Positions 35,149-44,264 of a stretch of 64,000 nucleotides of DNA are shown here, piece by piece (within the stretch, counting starts at the first letter, position 1; each line of letters starts with the position of its first letter). Source of the stretch: Propionibacteriales bacterium (GTDB taxonomy: Bacteria > Actinomycetota > Actinomycetes > Propionibacteriales > Nocardioidaceae). The notes beneath the pieces were generated by a model. The model made no database searches. It saw only the letters and a list, made by a program, of their open reading frames with translations, and was not told the DNA's origin. The position numbers and the translations under genes are program-made. The stretch is taken from the NCBI GenBank assembly GCA_038253325.1, contig JBBSHE010000015.1:1402-65401 (forward strand). Direction: 5' to 3'.

Positions 35149-36255
35149 GTGGACTATCGGGTCTCGGCGCAGGAGCGGGCCGCATTCAAGCGGTGTCGCC
35201 GGCAGTGGGACTTCGGCTCGGTGCAGCGGCAGAACTTGCAGGCTGTCGACGCCCCGCCGCCGGGCTTGGATCGTGCCGTCCGCGATGCGCTCGCCGTGTA
35301 CTACTACCCGGGCATGTGGGACTGGCCGAGCGAGATCGTTCTGCCCCTGGTCGGCAAGGCCTTCATGCGCACGATGGCAACGGCGCCGCCGACTCCACAG
35401 CGCGCTGCCGAGCTCGACCTCGGGACCGAGCTCCTCGAGCTGTACTTCGCGTGGGCGCCGAGCCTCGACGACTTCGGCCCGCTCAAGATCGAGACCGACG
35501 TCGAGTCACTCGTCCCGGACATCCGTGAACCCGACCGGGGACTGCTGACGGACGACGGGCGCCGGGTGCTCTACACCGAGCGGATCGCGCTGCTGGCAGT
35601 CGACGCCACGGACGAATGCTGGGTCGTCATGCACCGCGTCGTACCTGCCTGGCAGGACCTCGAGTCGCTGCTTCTCGACGAGTCGGCCGTCGCCGCCTGC
35701 TGGGCGTGGGAGCAGACGTACCTCGGGATGGAGATCGCGGGCACCATTCACAACGAAATCGTCCGCTCGACTGCGAACGTCGTCCGACCGGAGTCCCCGA
35801 CGTCTCGAACCGGCCGGCCGGGTCGCGGTGGCTACTCCCAGAACGAGCCGAGTGGAGGAGGACGCTCGATCCCGCAGCTACAGCGTCCCGACCGCCTGGA
35901 GAATCGTTCGGTGACGGGTGCTCGGGTGGAGCAGGAGACAGCCGGAGGGCTACGTCGTACCCGCATCCGGCGTACCCGCGCCGAGATCGAGTCGACGGGC
36001 GGGCAGCTGGGTGCCGAGCTGCTCGAGATGCTGGACCCGGACCTCGTCGCCTACCCCACGCCTTCGCCTGCACACTGCCCGCAGTGCGCTTTCGTCGCAC
36101 CGTGCCTGACGATGACCGAAGGGGCCGATCCGGCCCTGGATGTGGTCTCCCGGTTCAGACCGGGCCCGACAGCCGCCAACTACGAACCTCACCTCGGCGC
36201 CGGCGGCGGCGGGCGCATCGTCGCAATTCCTCCACCCCCTCGTCCCCCGCCCTAA
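35149..36255 (+). CDS. Cas4/RecB-like PD-(D/E)XK-fold protein with Fe-S cysteines but degenerate catalytic motifs
   Basis: A GTG start at 35149 is proposed. It has the N-terminal Cys context 'SAQERAAFKRCRRQWDF' and the C-terminal 'HCPQCAFVAPC' (Cx2Cx5C). The core 'RIALLAVDATDECWVVMHRV' occupies the position of the 'IDRVD...IVDYK' motifs. A Gly/Arg/Pro-rich insert spans roughly aa 210-290. Confidence 0.6.
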   Translation: MDYRVSAQERAAFKRCRRQWDFGSVQRQNLQAVDAPPPGLDRAVRDALAVYYYPGMWDWPSEIVLPLVGKAFMRTMATAPPTPQRAAELDLGTELLELYFAWAPSLDDFGPLKIETDVESLVPDIREPDRGLLTDDGRRVLYTERIALLAVDATDECWVVMHRVVPAWQDLESLLLDESAVAACWAWEQTYLGMEIAGTIHNEIVRSTANVVRPESPTSRTGRPGRGGYSQNEPSGGGRSIPQLQRPDRLENRSVTGARVEQETAGGLRRTRIRRTRAEIESTGGQLGAELLEMLDPDLVAYPTPSPAHCPQCAFVAPCLTMTEGADPALDVVSRFRPGPTAANYEPHLGAGGGGRIVAIPPPPRPPP

Positions 36256-36516
36256 TCATTCTTGACTGCTGGCGAGAGCATCCAGTGTCCGGTCGCGGCT
36301 CGGAAGGAACAACCGGCACGCAGCACCCGTGACGGGCGACTCGCCGAGGATGTCGACGCCGTCGACCAAGATCGTCGGTGAGGGGTAGTCACCGCCTTGA
36401 TGCTCGTGCACAGTGGTGGCTGCCAGGTCGCGCCGGCGGAGGCATTCGTCGAGCACTCGGCGTACGGACGGGGCGTTCGGGCAGTCGTTCGCGTACCAGA
36501 AGTCGATCCGGGTCAT
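36256..36516 (-). CDS. small thioredoxin-fold-like hypothetical protein
   Basis: 86 aa reading 'MTRIDFWYANDCPNAPSVRRVLDECL...YPSPTILVDGVDI'. It is convergent with the preceding gene with zero gap. Confidence 0.55.
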   Translation of the reverse strand: MTRIDFWYANDCPNAPSVRRVLDECLRRRDLAATTVHEHQGGDYPSPTILVDGVDILGESPVTGAACRLFLPSRDRTLDALASSQE

Positions 36517-36660
36517 TGCACTCCTTCGTACCTCAGCGCCCGCATCTCACTGGCGGGACGTCCCACCGTGGTCCTGCCGGTACGCACGCTACCCGGCGCG
36601 CCGAACGCGCAGTGCCGGCAAGATGCTGGACGGACGTTGTTTCCTCGATGCTGTTTCCGG

Positions 36661-39327
36661 TCAGTCGGAGTCGGCGGCGTACGCCACGACCCCGCGCCGA
36701 AGTCCACGTACCGCCTGCCGCGCGACCCCGCGCAACCCACCATCGCCCGCCGCGTCGGCAACCTGCTCGCACAGGTCGAGCAACTGCTTCACCGAGCGGA
36801 CGAAGTCGCCAGGCGTGATGTCGATCTCGTCGAGGACCGTCGCCAGGGCAACTCCCGACGCCCAGAGGTACGCGGCGTCGGCGAACCCGGTGTCCAGCTC
36901 GCGCAGGAAGTCGAGCTGGTGACGCCGCTCGACACGCTGCAGGTCACGTTGGATCCGCTGCATCTCGGCAAGCACCGACCGCACCACCGCAGACTGCGGG
37001 CGTGTCGCTGGGACGCCTTCGACCCGGCGCGTCTCGTACACGAGTGCCGACAGGCAGGCCGCGAGCTCGGCTGCCGTGAGACCTTTCCAGACGCCCCGTC
37101 GCAACGCCTCGGCGGCGACCAGGTCGAGCTCGTTGTAGAGCCGGGCGAGGCTCCTACCCGTCGCGGTGACGCCGCCTTGCGCCAGGTAGCCGAGCTCGGT
37201 GAGAAGGTCGCAGACCCGATCGAACTGGCGGGCGATCGTGTTCGTCCGCTGCTCGATCCGGATGGTCAACTCGGCGGCCTCCCGCCGCGCAGACAGGTAC
37301 CGCTCCGCCCATCGAGTGTGGTCGTCTCGGGCGGAACAACGATGACAGGGATGCATTCGGACCGCCCGCCGCAGCCGCTCGGTTTCCGGGTCGCGCTTCG
37401 GTTTCGATCGCCGCGAGTCGTCCGGAGCCGCGTCCCGCGTCCGGAACCTGAGCTGCGCCGCCAGCGAACGGCGCTGTTGTGGGTTACGCGGGTTGAACGT
37501 CTTCGGCACCCTGATCCTCGTCACCGGTTCCACCGGCTGGTCGAAGTCCAGGAACGACAACCGCCGAGCCTGGCGCTCGGCCGTGACGACGAGCGGACGC
37601 GGGTCTTCCGATGAGGACTTGGCCGCGCGTTCGACGACGACCGCTCGTCCGGCCCAGCGTCCGAGCGGGACGTCGATGACGTCGCCGGCTTGCAGGCCGC
37701 GTAGCGCGGCTGCGACGTCTGCCCTGCGCATGATCCGGTGCTGCTTCTTCGCCGAAGACTCGCGTTCGGCGAGCGCGCGTACCAGTGCGGTGTATTCGTC
37801 GAAGTCCCCACGATCACATTCGACCTGCGATGCGAATCGCCCGGCCGCCTCCTCTGCCTGGCGTACGCGCTGGGCGAGGCCGACGACCGCACGATCGGTC
37901 TGGAACTGGGCGAACGACGACTCGAGCAGCTCCCGGGCTGCCTTGGTACCGACCTGCCCGACGACGTTCACCGCCATGTTGTACGACGGACGGAACGACG
38001 ACCGTAACCGGTAGGTTCGGGTCGACGCGAGACCCGCAACGCCGGCGAGCTCGACCTCGGGACGCCACACGACGACCGCGTGGCCCTCGACGTCGATTCC
38101 GCGGCGTCCGGCCCGGCCGGTGAGCTGTGTGTACTCGCCGGGTGTCACGTCCGCATGATGCTCACCGTTCCACTTGCTCAACTTCTCGAGGACCACGCTG
38201 CGAGCGGGCATGTTGATCCCCAATGCGAGCGTCTCGGTGGCGAACACCACCTTGATCAGACCTCGGACGAAGAGCTCCTCGACGCACTCCTTGAAGGCCG
38301 GTAGCAGCCCCGCGTGGTGAACGGCGATCCCACGACTCAGTGACTCCAGCCAGTGGTTGTAGTCGAGCACGGCGAGATCGGCATCGGACAATGCAGCCAG
38401 CCGACCCACCGCGACCGAGATGATCTCGGTACGTTCCTCGCGGCTGGTGAACCGCAGCTGGGCGTTCGTGCACTGAGTGACGGCCGCGTCACAGCCGAGG
38501 CGGCTGAAGATGAAGACGATGCACGGCAGCAGCCCCGCCCGGTCGAGGGTGACGACCATCTCGGGTCGCGGGGTCACGCCCGCGGGCGCGCGGGACCTGG
38601 GTGGGCGTCGCTGACCGCGGGTCGAGTACACCCGGGAAGCACGCACCGCCTGGCGGACGGCGGAGACCGCGTCCGGGCTAACCTCCGCCCGGCCCGCCGC
38701 GCTCTCGGCAAACAAGTCGTAGAGCCTGGTTCCGACCAACACATGCTGGTAGAGCGGAACCGGGCGGCGCTCCTCGAGCACGATGTCGGTGTCGCCGCGG
38801 ACCGTCCGCAGCCAGTCTCCGAACTCCTCGGCGTTCGAGACGGTCGCCGATAAGGCGATCACCGACACCGAGCCGGGCAGGTGGATGATCGCCTCCTCCC
38901 AGACGGCACCACGACTGCGGTCGGCGAGGTAGTGGACCTCGTCCATCACGACATAGCGAAGTCCGCTGAGTGTCGCCGACCCGGCGTACAACATGTTGCG
39001 CAGCACCTCGGTGGTCATCACGACGACCGGTGCCTCCCCGTTGACCGTGCGGTCACCCGTCAGAAGTCCGACGCTTCCCGCACCGTAGCGCCGGGTGAGG
39101 TCGGCGAACTTCTGGTTCGACAACGCCTTGATCGGGGTCGTGTAGAAGCATTTCGACTCGGATGCCAGAGCTTGGTGGACGGCGAACTCCCCGACGACGG
39201 TCTTGCCGGATCCCGTCGGCGCCGCGACGAGCACGCCACGCCCGGCGGCGACCGCCTCGCACGCCCGGTTCTGGAACGGGTCCAGCGGGAAGTCGTAGAG
39301 TGCCGTGAAGTCGGCGGGGACGCTCAT
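36661..39327 (-). CDS. helY: Ski2-like DEAD/DEAH-box RNA helicase HelY
   Basis: 888 aa with Walker A 'AAPTGSGKT', the DEVH box 'VMDEVHYL' and 'TETLALGINMPARSVV'. Its position next to tatC/pafBC matches mycobacteria. Confidence 0.95.
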   Translation of the reverse strand: MSVPADFTALYDFPLDPFQNRACEAVAAGRGVLVAAPTGSGKTVVGEFAVHQALASESKCFYTTPIKALSNQKFADLTRRYGAGSVGLLTGDRTVNGEAPVVVMTTEVLRNMLYAGSATLSGLRYVVMDEVHYLADRSRGAVWEEAIIHLPGSVSVIALSATVSNAEEFGDWLRTVRGDTDIVLEERRPVPLYQHVLVGTRLYDLFAESAAGRAEVSPDAVSAVRQAVRASRVYSTRGQRRPPRSRAPAGVTPRPEMVVTLDRAGLLPCIVFIFSRLGCDAAVTQCTNAQLRFTSREERTEIISVAVGRLAALSDADLAVLDYNHWLESLSRGIAVHHAGLLPAFKECVEELFVRGLIKVVFATETLALGINMPARSVVLEKLSKWNGEHHADVTPGEYTQLTGRAGRRGIDVEGHAVVVWRPEVELAGVAGLASTRTYRLRSSFRPSYNMAVNVVGQVGTKAARELLESSFAQFQTDRAVVGLAQRVRQAEEAAGRFASQVECDRGDFDEYTALVRALAERESSAKKQHRIMRRADVAAALRGLQAGDVIDVPLGRWAGRAVVVERAAKSSSEDPRPLVVTAERQARRLSFLDFDQPVEPVTRIRVPKTFNPRNPQQRRSLAAQLRFRTRDAAPDDSRRSKPKRDPETERLRRAVRMHPCHRCSARDDHTRWAERYLSARREAAELTIRIEQRTNTIARQFDRVCDLLTELGYLAQGGVTATGRSLARLYNELDLVAAEALRRGVWKGLTAAELAACLSALVYETRRVEGVPATRPQSAVVRSVLAEMQRIQRDLQRVERRHQLDFLRELDTGFADAAYLWASGVALATVLDEIDITPGDFVRSVKQLLDLCEQVADAAGDGGLRGVARQAVRGLRRGVVAYAADSD

Positions 39328-40202
39328 GCAGGGGCGAAGACGCTCAAAGATCCTGGGACGACCTCGACCGTGATCGGTAGTTCACCGAGCCGTTCGCCGT
39401 CGGCGTACGCCGCGACACCACTGGCCGCGATCGTGGCCCGCCGGACCCGGTGCCGCAGGTAGGCCGGATGCGTGACGTGGGTGCCTTTGAACAGGCGCGG
39501 GTAGACCTTGATCAGCTCGATCTTGCTGACCGGCTTGATCGCGACCAGGTCGAGGTACCCATCGTCGATCTGGGCGCCTTCACACATCCGCAGCCCGCCG
39601 CCGTACGACGGGCCGTTGCCAACGGCGACCAGCATGGCGTCGAGCTGCTGTGCCTCGCCGTCGAGCTCGACGGTGTAGTGCACCGGTCTGAACACCCGTA
39701 GCTCCGCAAGGGTGGCGAGGTTGTAGCGCATCTGGCCCTTGGGCCATCTCATCGTGTTGGCCCGCTCGTTGACCAGGCTGTCGAAACCGGCGGCGAGCAC
39801 GGTCACGAAGTATGCCGAGGCGGCGTGTCCGAGGTCGATCCGTCGGGACTTCGCCGCGAGCACGACGTCGACGGCCGCGAGCGGTTCGCGTAGTGGGAGG
39901 CCGAGGCTGCGGGCCACATCGTTTCCGGTTCCCGTCGGGACGATGCCCAGCGGAATGTCGGTGCCGGCCAGCTCTTGCACGGCCAGATGCACCATCCCGT
40001 CACCGCCCATGACGACGAGCGCGTCACATCCATCGCGGACCGCTTGGTTGGCCAGCCGCACGGAGTCGTCCGCGTCCACGCCGACCAGCTCGTCGACAAC
40101 GGCACCCCCGGACCCGAGCCGCTGGGTGAGCTGTGGAATCACGCGGGCATGGCGGCCCTTACCAGCAACGGGGTTGGCGAGGAACGCGACATGCGACGGC
40201 AC
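39324..40202 (-). CDS. diacylglycerol/lipid kinase family protein
   Basis: The start is reassigned to GTG 40202 ('VPSHVAFLANPVAGKGR'). It carries the 'GGDGMVH' catalytic motif. Its stop overlaps the helY start (ATGA). Confidence 0.85.
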   Translation of the reverse strand: MPSHVAFLANPVAGKGRHARVIPQLTQRLGSGGAVVDELVGVDADDSVRLANQAVRDGCDALVVMGGDGMVHLAVQELAGTDIPLGIVPTGTGNDVARSLGLPLREPLAAVDVVLAAKSRRIDLGHAASAYFVTVLAAGFDSLVNERANTMRWPKGQMRYNLATLAELRVFRPVHYTVELDGEAQQLDAMLVAVGNGPSYGGGLRMCEGAQIDDGYLDLVAIKPVSKIELIKVYPRLFKGTHVTHPAYLRHRVRRATIAASGVAAYADGERLGELPITVEVVPGSLSVFAPA

Positions 40203-40269
40203 GCAGGTGACCCTATCCGTCCGACGCCCATGCCCACCAGCAGCCGCCGCCGCACCCGAGCCTCCTCGA

Positions 40270-41880
40270 CTAGACGGTGACCGCCGCACCCTTCGTGAGC
40301 CACCAGCGGGCATACCGGTTGAGCTGTGAGCCACGGCTCGACGCGATCGCCTCGAGTTCGGGCCAGCGGGTCATGCCCATGGCGTACATCAGCTGTTCTC
40401 TGCGCTGCGGGTCGCAATCCTCCTCGAACCAGGTCCGGACGGGCAGATTGGCCGGTATCGGGGAACCGGTGTGCGCAATGGCGGTGAGCGCCGAACCCCG
40501 AAGCTCCGGCAAGTCACAGGCAACCCTGGCCAGCTCGGGCACCGTATGCGGTGTCGCCACATAGGTGAGAACCCGGATTTCTGCATTCTGCACGGTCTGG
40601 TCCGCCCCGGTCAGGAGATCGTCGGCGAGCGCGTCGGCGAGGGCGTCTCGCCAGGGGCAGTACATGAGCAGCAGCGACGACTGGTGCCGGCGGTCGAGAT
40701 AGGTGTTGAACAGCGACTCCCGGAGCAGCCGCTGCGCCATGAACGTCAGGGGCTCCCCCGAGCGCGAAGCCTCGGCCGCCGCGTGCGTTATCGTCCGCGT
40801 CACCAGGTGTGCGACGTCTTCACGGACGAGCTCTCCGGTCAGGTTAACCTGCTGGACGGACTGAGTAGCCCGAGCAGCCGCCATCAGGCTCTCCAGCTTG
40901 GCCGATCTCCGCGGCAACCGGTTGACAAGGTCAACGACCATCGGGTCGATCACCGCGGAGTTGCTCACCACATGGGTCACCGCGCTTTCCATCGCACCCA
41001 TCCGGGTGGGAGCCACGTCGCCGCGAGCGATCCTGATCGAGGCGAGACCTGCAGCCGCCTGCTGGACGCCCGGGCGTTCGTGGTGCATGAGCTTGATCGC
41101 CAGGTCGGTTCCGCGGTCGCCCGGGACGTACTCGAGCAGCGAGATCGCGTCGGCCAGGGCCTGGCTTTCGGGGTCCATCACGAGGTCGCCGATCGACCGG
41201 ACCACGTGCGGGAGGACATGCGGCACCGAGATGAGCGTCGCCAATGCCTCGATCCGCAGCGTGAAGGCAAGGCCGACCGAGCGACACATCTCGTTGGTCA
41301 GCCGGCGAACCAACAGCGTCCACATGTCCTCGGGGAGCAGCGGGCCTCCGCCTCGGGCCGTGAGTGCGGCGAGCACGAACCAGTCGTGGCCGGTATGGTC
41401 GCTACGCAGCAGGTTCTGGATCAGACCCTTGCCCTGAACCTCCGCCTGCGGTACCTCGAGCAGGGGGCGGGGGCGTCCTGTGTGCCGGGTCAGCGAACGA
41501 CGAAGGCCGTTGATCGGTGCCTGGATGGATCCCACCCGAAGATCGAGCGCACGCTCGTACAGCGCCGGCGCCCACGTCGGCACCTGCATGTCCCCGGACT
41601 CCCAGCGGCTGATCGACGCCTGGCTCACGCGGTGGCCATGCCTCTCCAGCAGGCTGCGGAACGTGGCGCCCTTGTTGACGTCCGGATCCGGATGCCGGCT
41701 GCGAGCGGCGCGTAGCAACCAGGCCTCGCGTGGTCCGACACCGCCGTACGCGGACGTGAGCGGTGTGGTGTCGACCAACTCCCTGCGGGGGCGCCCGACT
41801 CCCCGCAGCACGGGGGCCCGTTCGGCCTCCGACAAACCGGGGCGCAGCGACACTCTCTGCTCGCGTGCGGGGTATGCCAT
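40270..41880 (-). CDS. XRE-like HTH protein with a large all-helical (HEAT/ARM-like) C-terminal domain, function unknown
   Basis: 536 aa. An HTH-like segment 'FRSLLERHGHRVSQASISRWESGDMQVP' lies near aa 75-105. It is followed by about 430 aa rich in Leu/Ala/Arg with no enzymatic motif that I recognise. Confidence 0.7.
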   Translation of the reverse strand: MAYPAREQRVSLRPGLSEAERAPVLRGVGRPRRELVDTTPLTSAYGGVGPREAWLLRAARSRHPDPDVNKGATFRSLLERHGHRVSQASISRWESGDMQVPTWAPALYERALDLRVGSIQAPINGLRRSLTRHTGRPRPLLEVPQAEVQGKGLIQNLLRSDHTGHDWFVLAALTARGGGPLLPEDMWTLLVRRLTNEMCRSVGLAFTLRIEALATLISVPHVLPHVVRSIGDLVMDPESQALADAISLLEYVPGDRGTDLAIKLMHHERPGVQQAAAGLASIRIARGDVAPTRMGAMESAVTHVVSNSAVIDPMVVDLVNRLPRRSAKLESLMAAARATQSVQQVNLTGELVREDVAHLVTRTITHAAAEASRSGEPLTFMAQRLLRESLFNTYLDRRHQSSLLLMYCPWRDALADALADDLLTGADQTVQNAEIRVLTYVATPHTVPELARVACDLPELRGSALTAIAHTGSPIPANLPVRTWFEEDCDPQRREQLMYAMGMTRWPELEAIASSRGSQLNRYARWWLTKGAAVTV

Positions 41881-41971
41881 CGTGCCCCTCCCAACCGGAT
41901 GCCGTCGACGTTCTTGCGACCTGTTGTGTGTTCAACGAGGCACCGCCCGTGACGTGACGGGACAAGGTCAC

Positions 41972-42820
41972 TCAGGTTCGGTCGATGGTCGACGGAGTGT
42001 CATCATCGAGCTGGGAATAGTCCGGTTCGTCACTATTTCGCCCACGTCGTCGGTCGACCGTTCGCGCAATCACCTCGGACAACAGGAACAAGATGACCAT
42101 CGGGAGCGCCAACAGGATCATCGTGAACGGGTCCGTCGACGGCGTCGCGACCGCCGCGAAGACGAACGTCGAGAAGACGATCCACGAGCGGTACCGGGCG
42201 AGTTGACGGCCCTTGACGATGCCGGCCAGGTTCAACAGGACGACGAACAACGGGATCTCGAACGACAGTCCGAAAACGAGCAGGACGCGCAGGATGAAGT
42301 TGAGGTACTGGTCGACCGGGATCAGGTTCCCTACGTCCTTCGGCGTGAAGCCCAACAGCGCGGTCAGGCCCTTCGGCATGACGTAGTAGCCGAGCGCGAC
42401 ACCGGCCAGGAACAGTGGCCCGGCGATCGATACGAAGATCAGCGTCCACTTGCGTTCGGTCCGGTGCAGGCCGGGCATGATGAACGCCCAGACCTGGTAC
42501 AGCCACACCGGGCTGGTTCCGATCAGACCGGCGACCAACGACACCTTGAGCTGCAAGATGAACGCGGTTGAGAACCCGTTCAGAACGGGACGCGGATGCA
42601 GTCCCTTGCCCTCCAGTTGTCGCTGGGTGACCTTCAGTGGGTGGATCAGCAGTGCATAGATCTGGTCGTAGAAGAACCAGGCAACGGTCGTACCGACGAT
42701 GATCGCGACGGCGGCAAAGAACAGGCGGTTGCGAAGCTCGCGAAGGTGGTCGACCAGTGCCATTCGACCGTCTTCGGACGCGACGGCCCGAGATCGGCGC
42801 CCCCGCAGCGTGAAGGCCAC
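41972..42820 (-). CDS. tatC: twin-arginine translocase subunit TatC
   Basis: 282 aa with six TM segments and an N-terminal 'MALVDHLRELRNRLFFAAVAIIVG'. Confidence 0.96.
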   Translation of the reverse strand: MAFTLRGRRSRAVASEDGRMALVDHLRELRNRLFFAAVAIIVGTTVAWFFYDQIYALLIHPLKVTQRQLEGKGLHPRPVLNGFSTAFILQLKVSLVAGLIGTSPVWLYQVWAFIMPGLHRTERKWTLIFVSIAGPLFLAGVALGYYVMPKGLTALLGFTPKDVGNLIPVDQYLNFILRVLLVFGLSFEIPLFVVLLNLAGIVKGRQLARYRSWIVFSTFVFAAVATPSTDPFTMILLALPMVILFLLSEVIARTVDRRRGRNSDEPDYSQLDDDTPSTIDRT

Positions 42821-42838
42821 GCCAGGGATCCCGGCAGG

Positions 42839-43222
42839 CTAGCGATCGGTGTCGGTGGGGTGCGGATCCACCGTGGGCCGGTCAGGTGAGACCTCGGTCG
42901 TCGATGGCTCGGCTTGCGCCGGATGGACCGTCGGCGGCTGGGTTGTCGAGGCCGGGGTTGTCGAGGCCGGGGTTGTCGAGACCGGGGTTGTCGAGGACCG
43001 GACGGTCGGAGGCTGGGTCGTCGAAGTACCGAGCTGAGGCGATGGTTCCTGCTCTGCGTTGTCGTCGTCCATCAGGCCCTTGGTCTCAGACTTGAAGATC
43101 CTCAGCGCTCGCCCGGTGCCGCGGGCGAACTCCGGCAGCTTCTTCGCACCGAACAGGACGAGGAGCACCAACGCGATGATGATGATTTCCGGTGCACCAA
43201 GATCGAAAACTGCCTTGTTCAC
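42839..43222 (-). CDS. tatA: twin-arginine translocase subunit TatA with an extended Thr/Pro/Ser-rich tail
   Basis: The TM helix and hinge read '[34 protein letters not shown]'. The C-terminal roughly 70 aa are low-complexity ('[17 protein letters not shown]'). Confidence 0.9.
   Translation of the reverse strand: MNKAVFDLGAPEIIIIALVLLVLFGAKKLPEFARGTGRALRIFKSETKGLMDDDNAEQEPSPQLGTSTTQPPTVRSSTTPVSTTPASTTPASTTQPPTVHPAQAEPSTTEVSPDRPTVDPHPTDTDR
42940..42999. repeat. 15-bp tandem repeat x4 inside the tatA tail
   Basis: GGGTTGTCGAGGCCG occurs four times with 1-2 substitutions, encoding the repeated 'STTPA' pentapeptides on the minus strand. Confidence 0.9.
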
Positions 43223-43286
43223 GTTGTCCTCTTCAGGTCGGATGCGGATCCGCGACCAGCATACGCCGCTGGTTGACTGAACAAGG

Positions 43287-44264
43287 TCACGGTGAGCCGC
43301 TGTACGCCTCCAGCGCGCGGGCGGCCGTCATCCGGACGTCATCGGCGAGGCTCTCGGGCTGGATCACCCGGGCATTGCCGCCGAGGCGCATCACCAGCCG
43401 TCGAAGCCAGTGTTCGTCGCTATAACGGAGGTCGATCTCGACGACGCGGCCAGGACGGCGGCGCACCTGCTCGACCGGATAGTAGTCGGCGACCCACGCC
43501 GCTGAGGGTTCGAGCGACAGCGTGGCGAGCCGATCGTCATCCGCGGGCTGGAACAAGCCGTGGGAGAGGTCACGGGGCCGGGCGTCAGCCGGCAGGTCAA
43601 TGGGTTCGGGAAGGACCTCGAGCGCGGTGATCCGGTCGACCCTGAACAGCCGTACATCGTCTGCGCGGTAGCACCAGCCCTCGAGGTAGGTGTGACCGGA
43701 GACGATCGCGAGCCGGATCGGATCGACCTCCCGTTCGGTGGTCTCGTCACGGCCAGGCACGTAGTACTCGAGACGGAGTCGTCGGTCCGTTCGAAGCGCG
43801 CGCTCGATCTGGCCCCGGGTAGCGGCGTCCACCGGGTCGATGTGGACGTCGACATTCGATGCCGGGACCCCGGCCTCGCCGGCGGCGAACTCCAGCTTCT
43901 GCAGGGCGCGATCGACGATGTCGCGCTCGGCGCCGTCGCTCGAGGCCCGGAGCGTCCGCAGCGCGACGATGAGTGCCACTGCCTCATGCGCGGTCAGCCG
44001 CAACGGGCGTGTCAGGTAGTCGGCGTTGGTCAGCCGTACGACACCCTCCCCCTCGACCGCCTCCATGTCGATGTCGATCATGTCGCCGCTCACGCTGTTC
44101 GGCAGTCCGCAGAACCAGAGCACTCGAAGGTCCTTGATGATCTGCGCCGGCGCGACCCCGAAGTGTGCCGCCACGTCGTCGACGGCGATCCCCTCCTTCG
44201 CGCGGAGATAGGGAACCAGCGCGAGCATCCGACTCACCTGGTCGTGGGCGTTGGCGGTCATCAT
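43287..44264 (-). CDS. pafC: proteasome accessory factor PafC (HTH-WYL regulator)
   Basis: The start is set at ATG 44264/44261 ('[37 protein letters not shown]'). It overlaps the pafB stop (ATGA) and follows pafA-pafB-pafC synteny. Confidence 0.85.
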   Translation of the reverse strand: MMTANAHDQVSRMLALVPYLRAKEGIAVDDVAAHFGVAPAQIIKDLRVLWFCGLPNSVSGDMIDIDMEAVEGEGVVRLTNADYLTRPLRLTAHEAVALIVALRTLRASSDGAERDIVDRALQKLEFAAGEAGVPASNVDVHIDPVDAATRGQIERALRTDRRLRLEYYVPGRDETTEREVDPIRLAIVSGHTYLEGWCYRADDVRLFRVDRITALEVLPEPIDLPADARPRDLSHGLFQPADDDRLATLSLEPSAAWVADYYPVEQVRRRPGRVVEIDLRYSDEHWLRRLVMRLGGNARVIQPESLADDVRMTAARALEAYSGSP

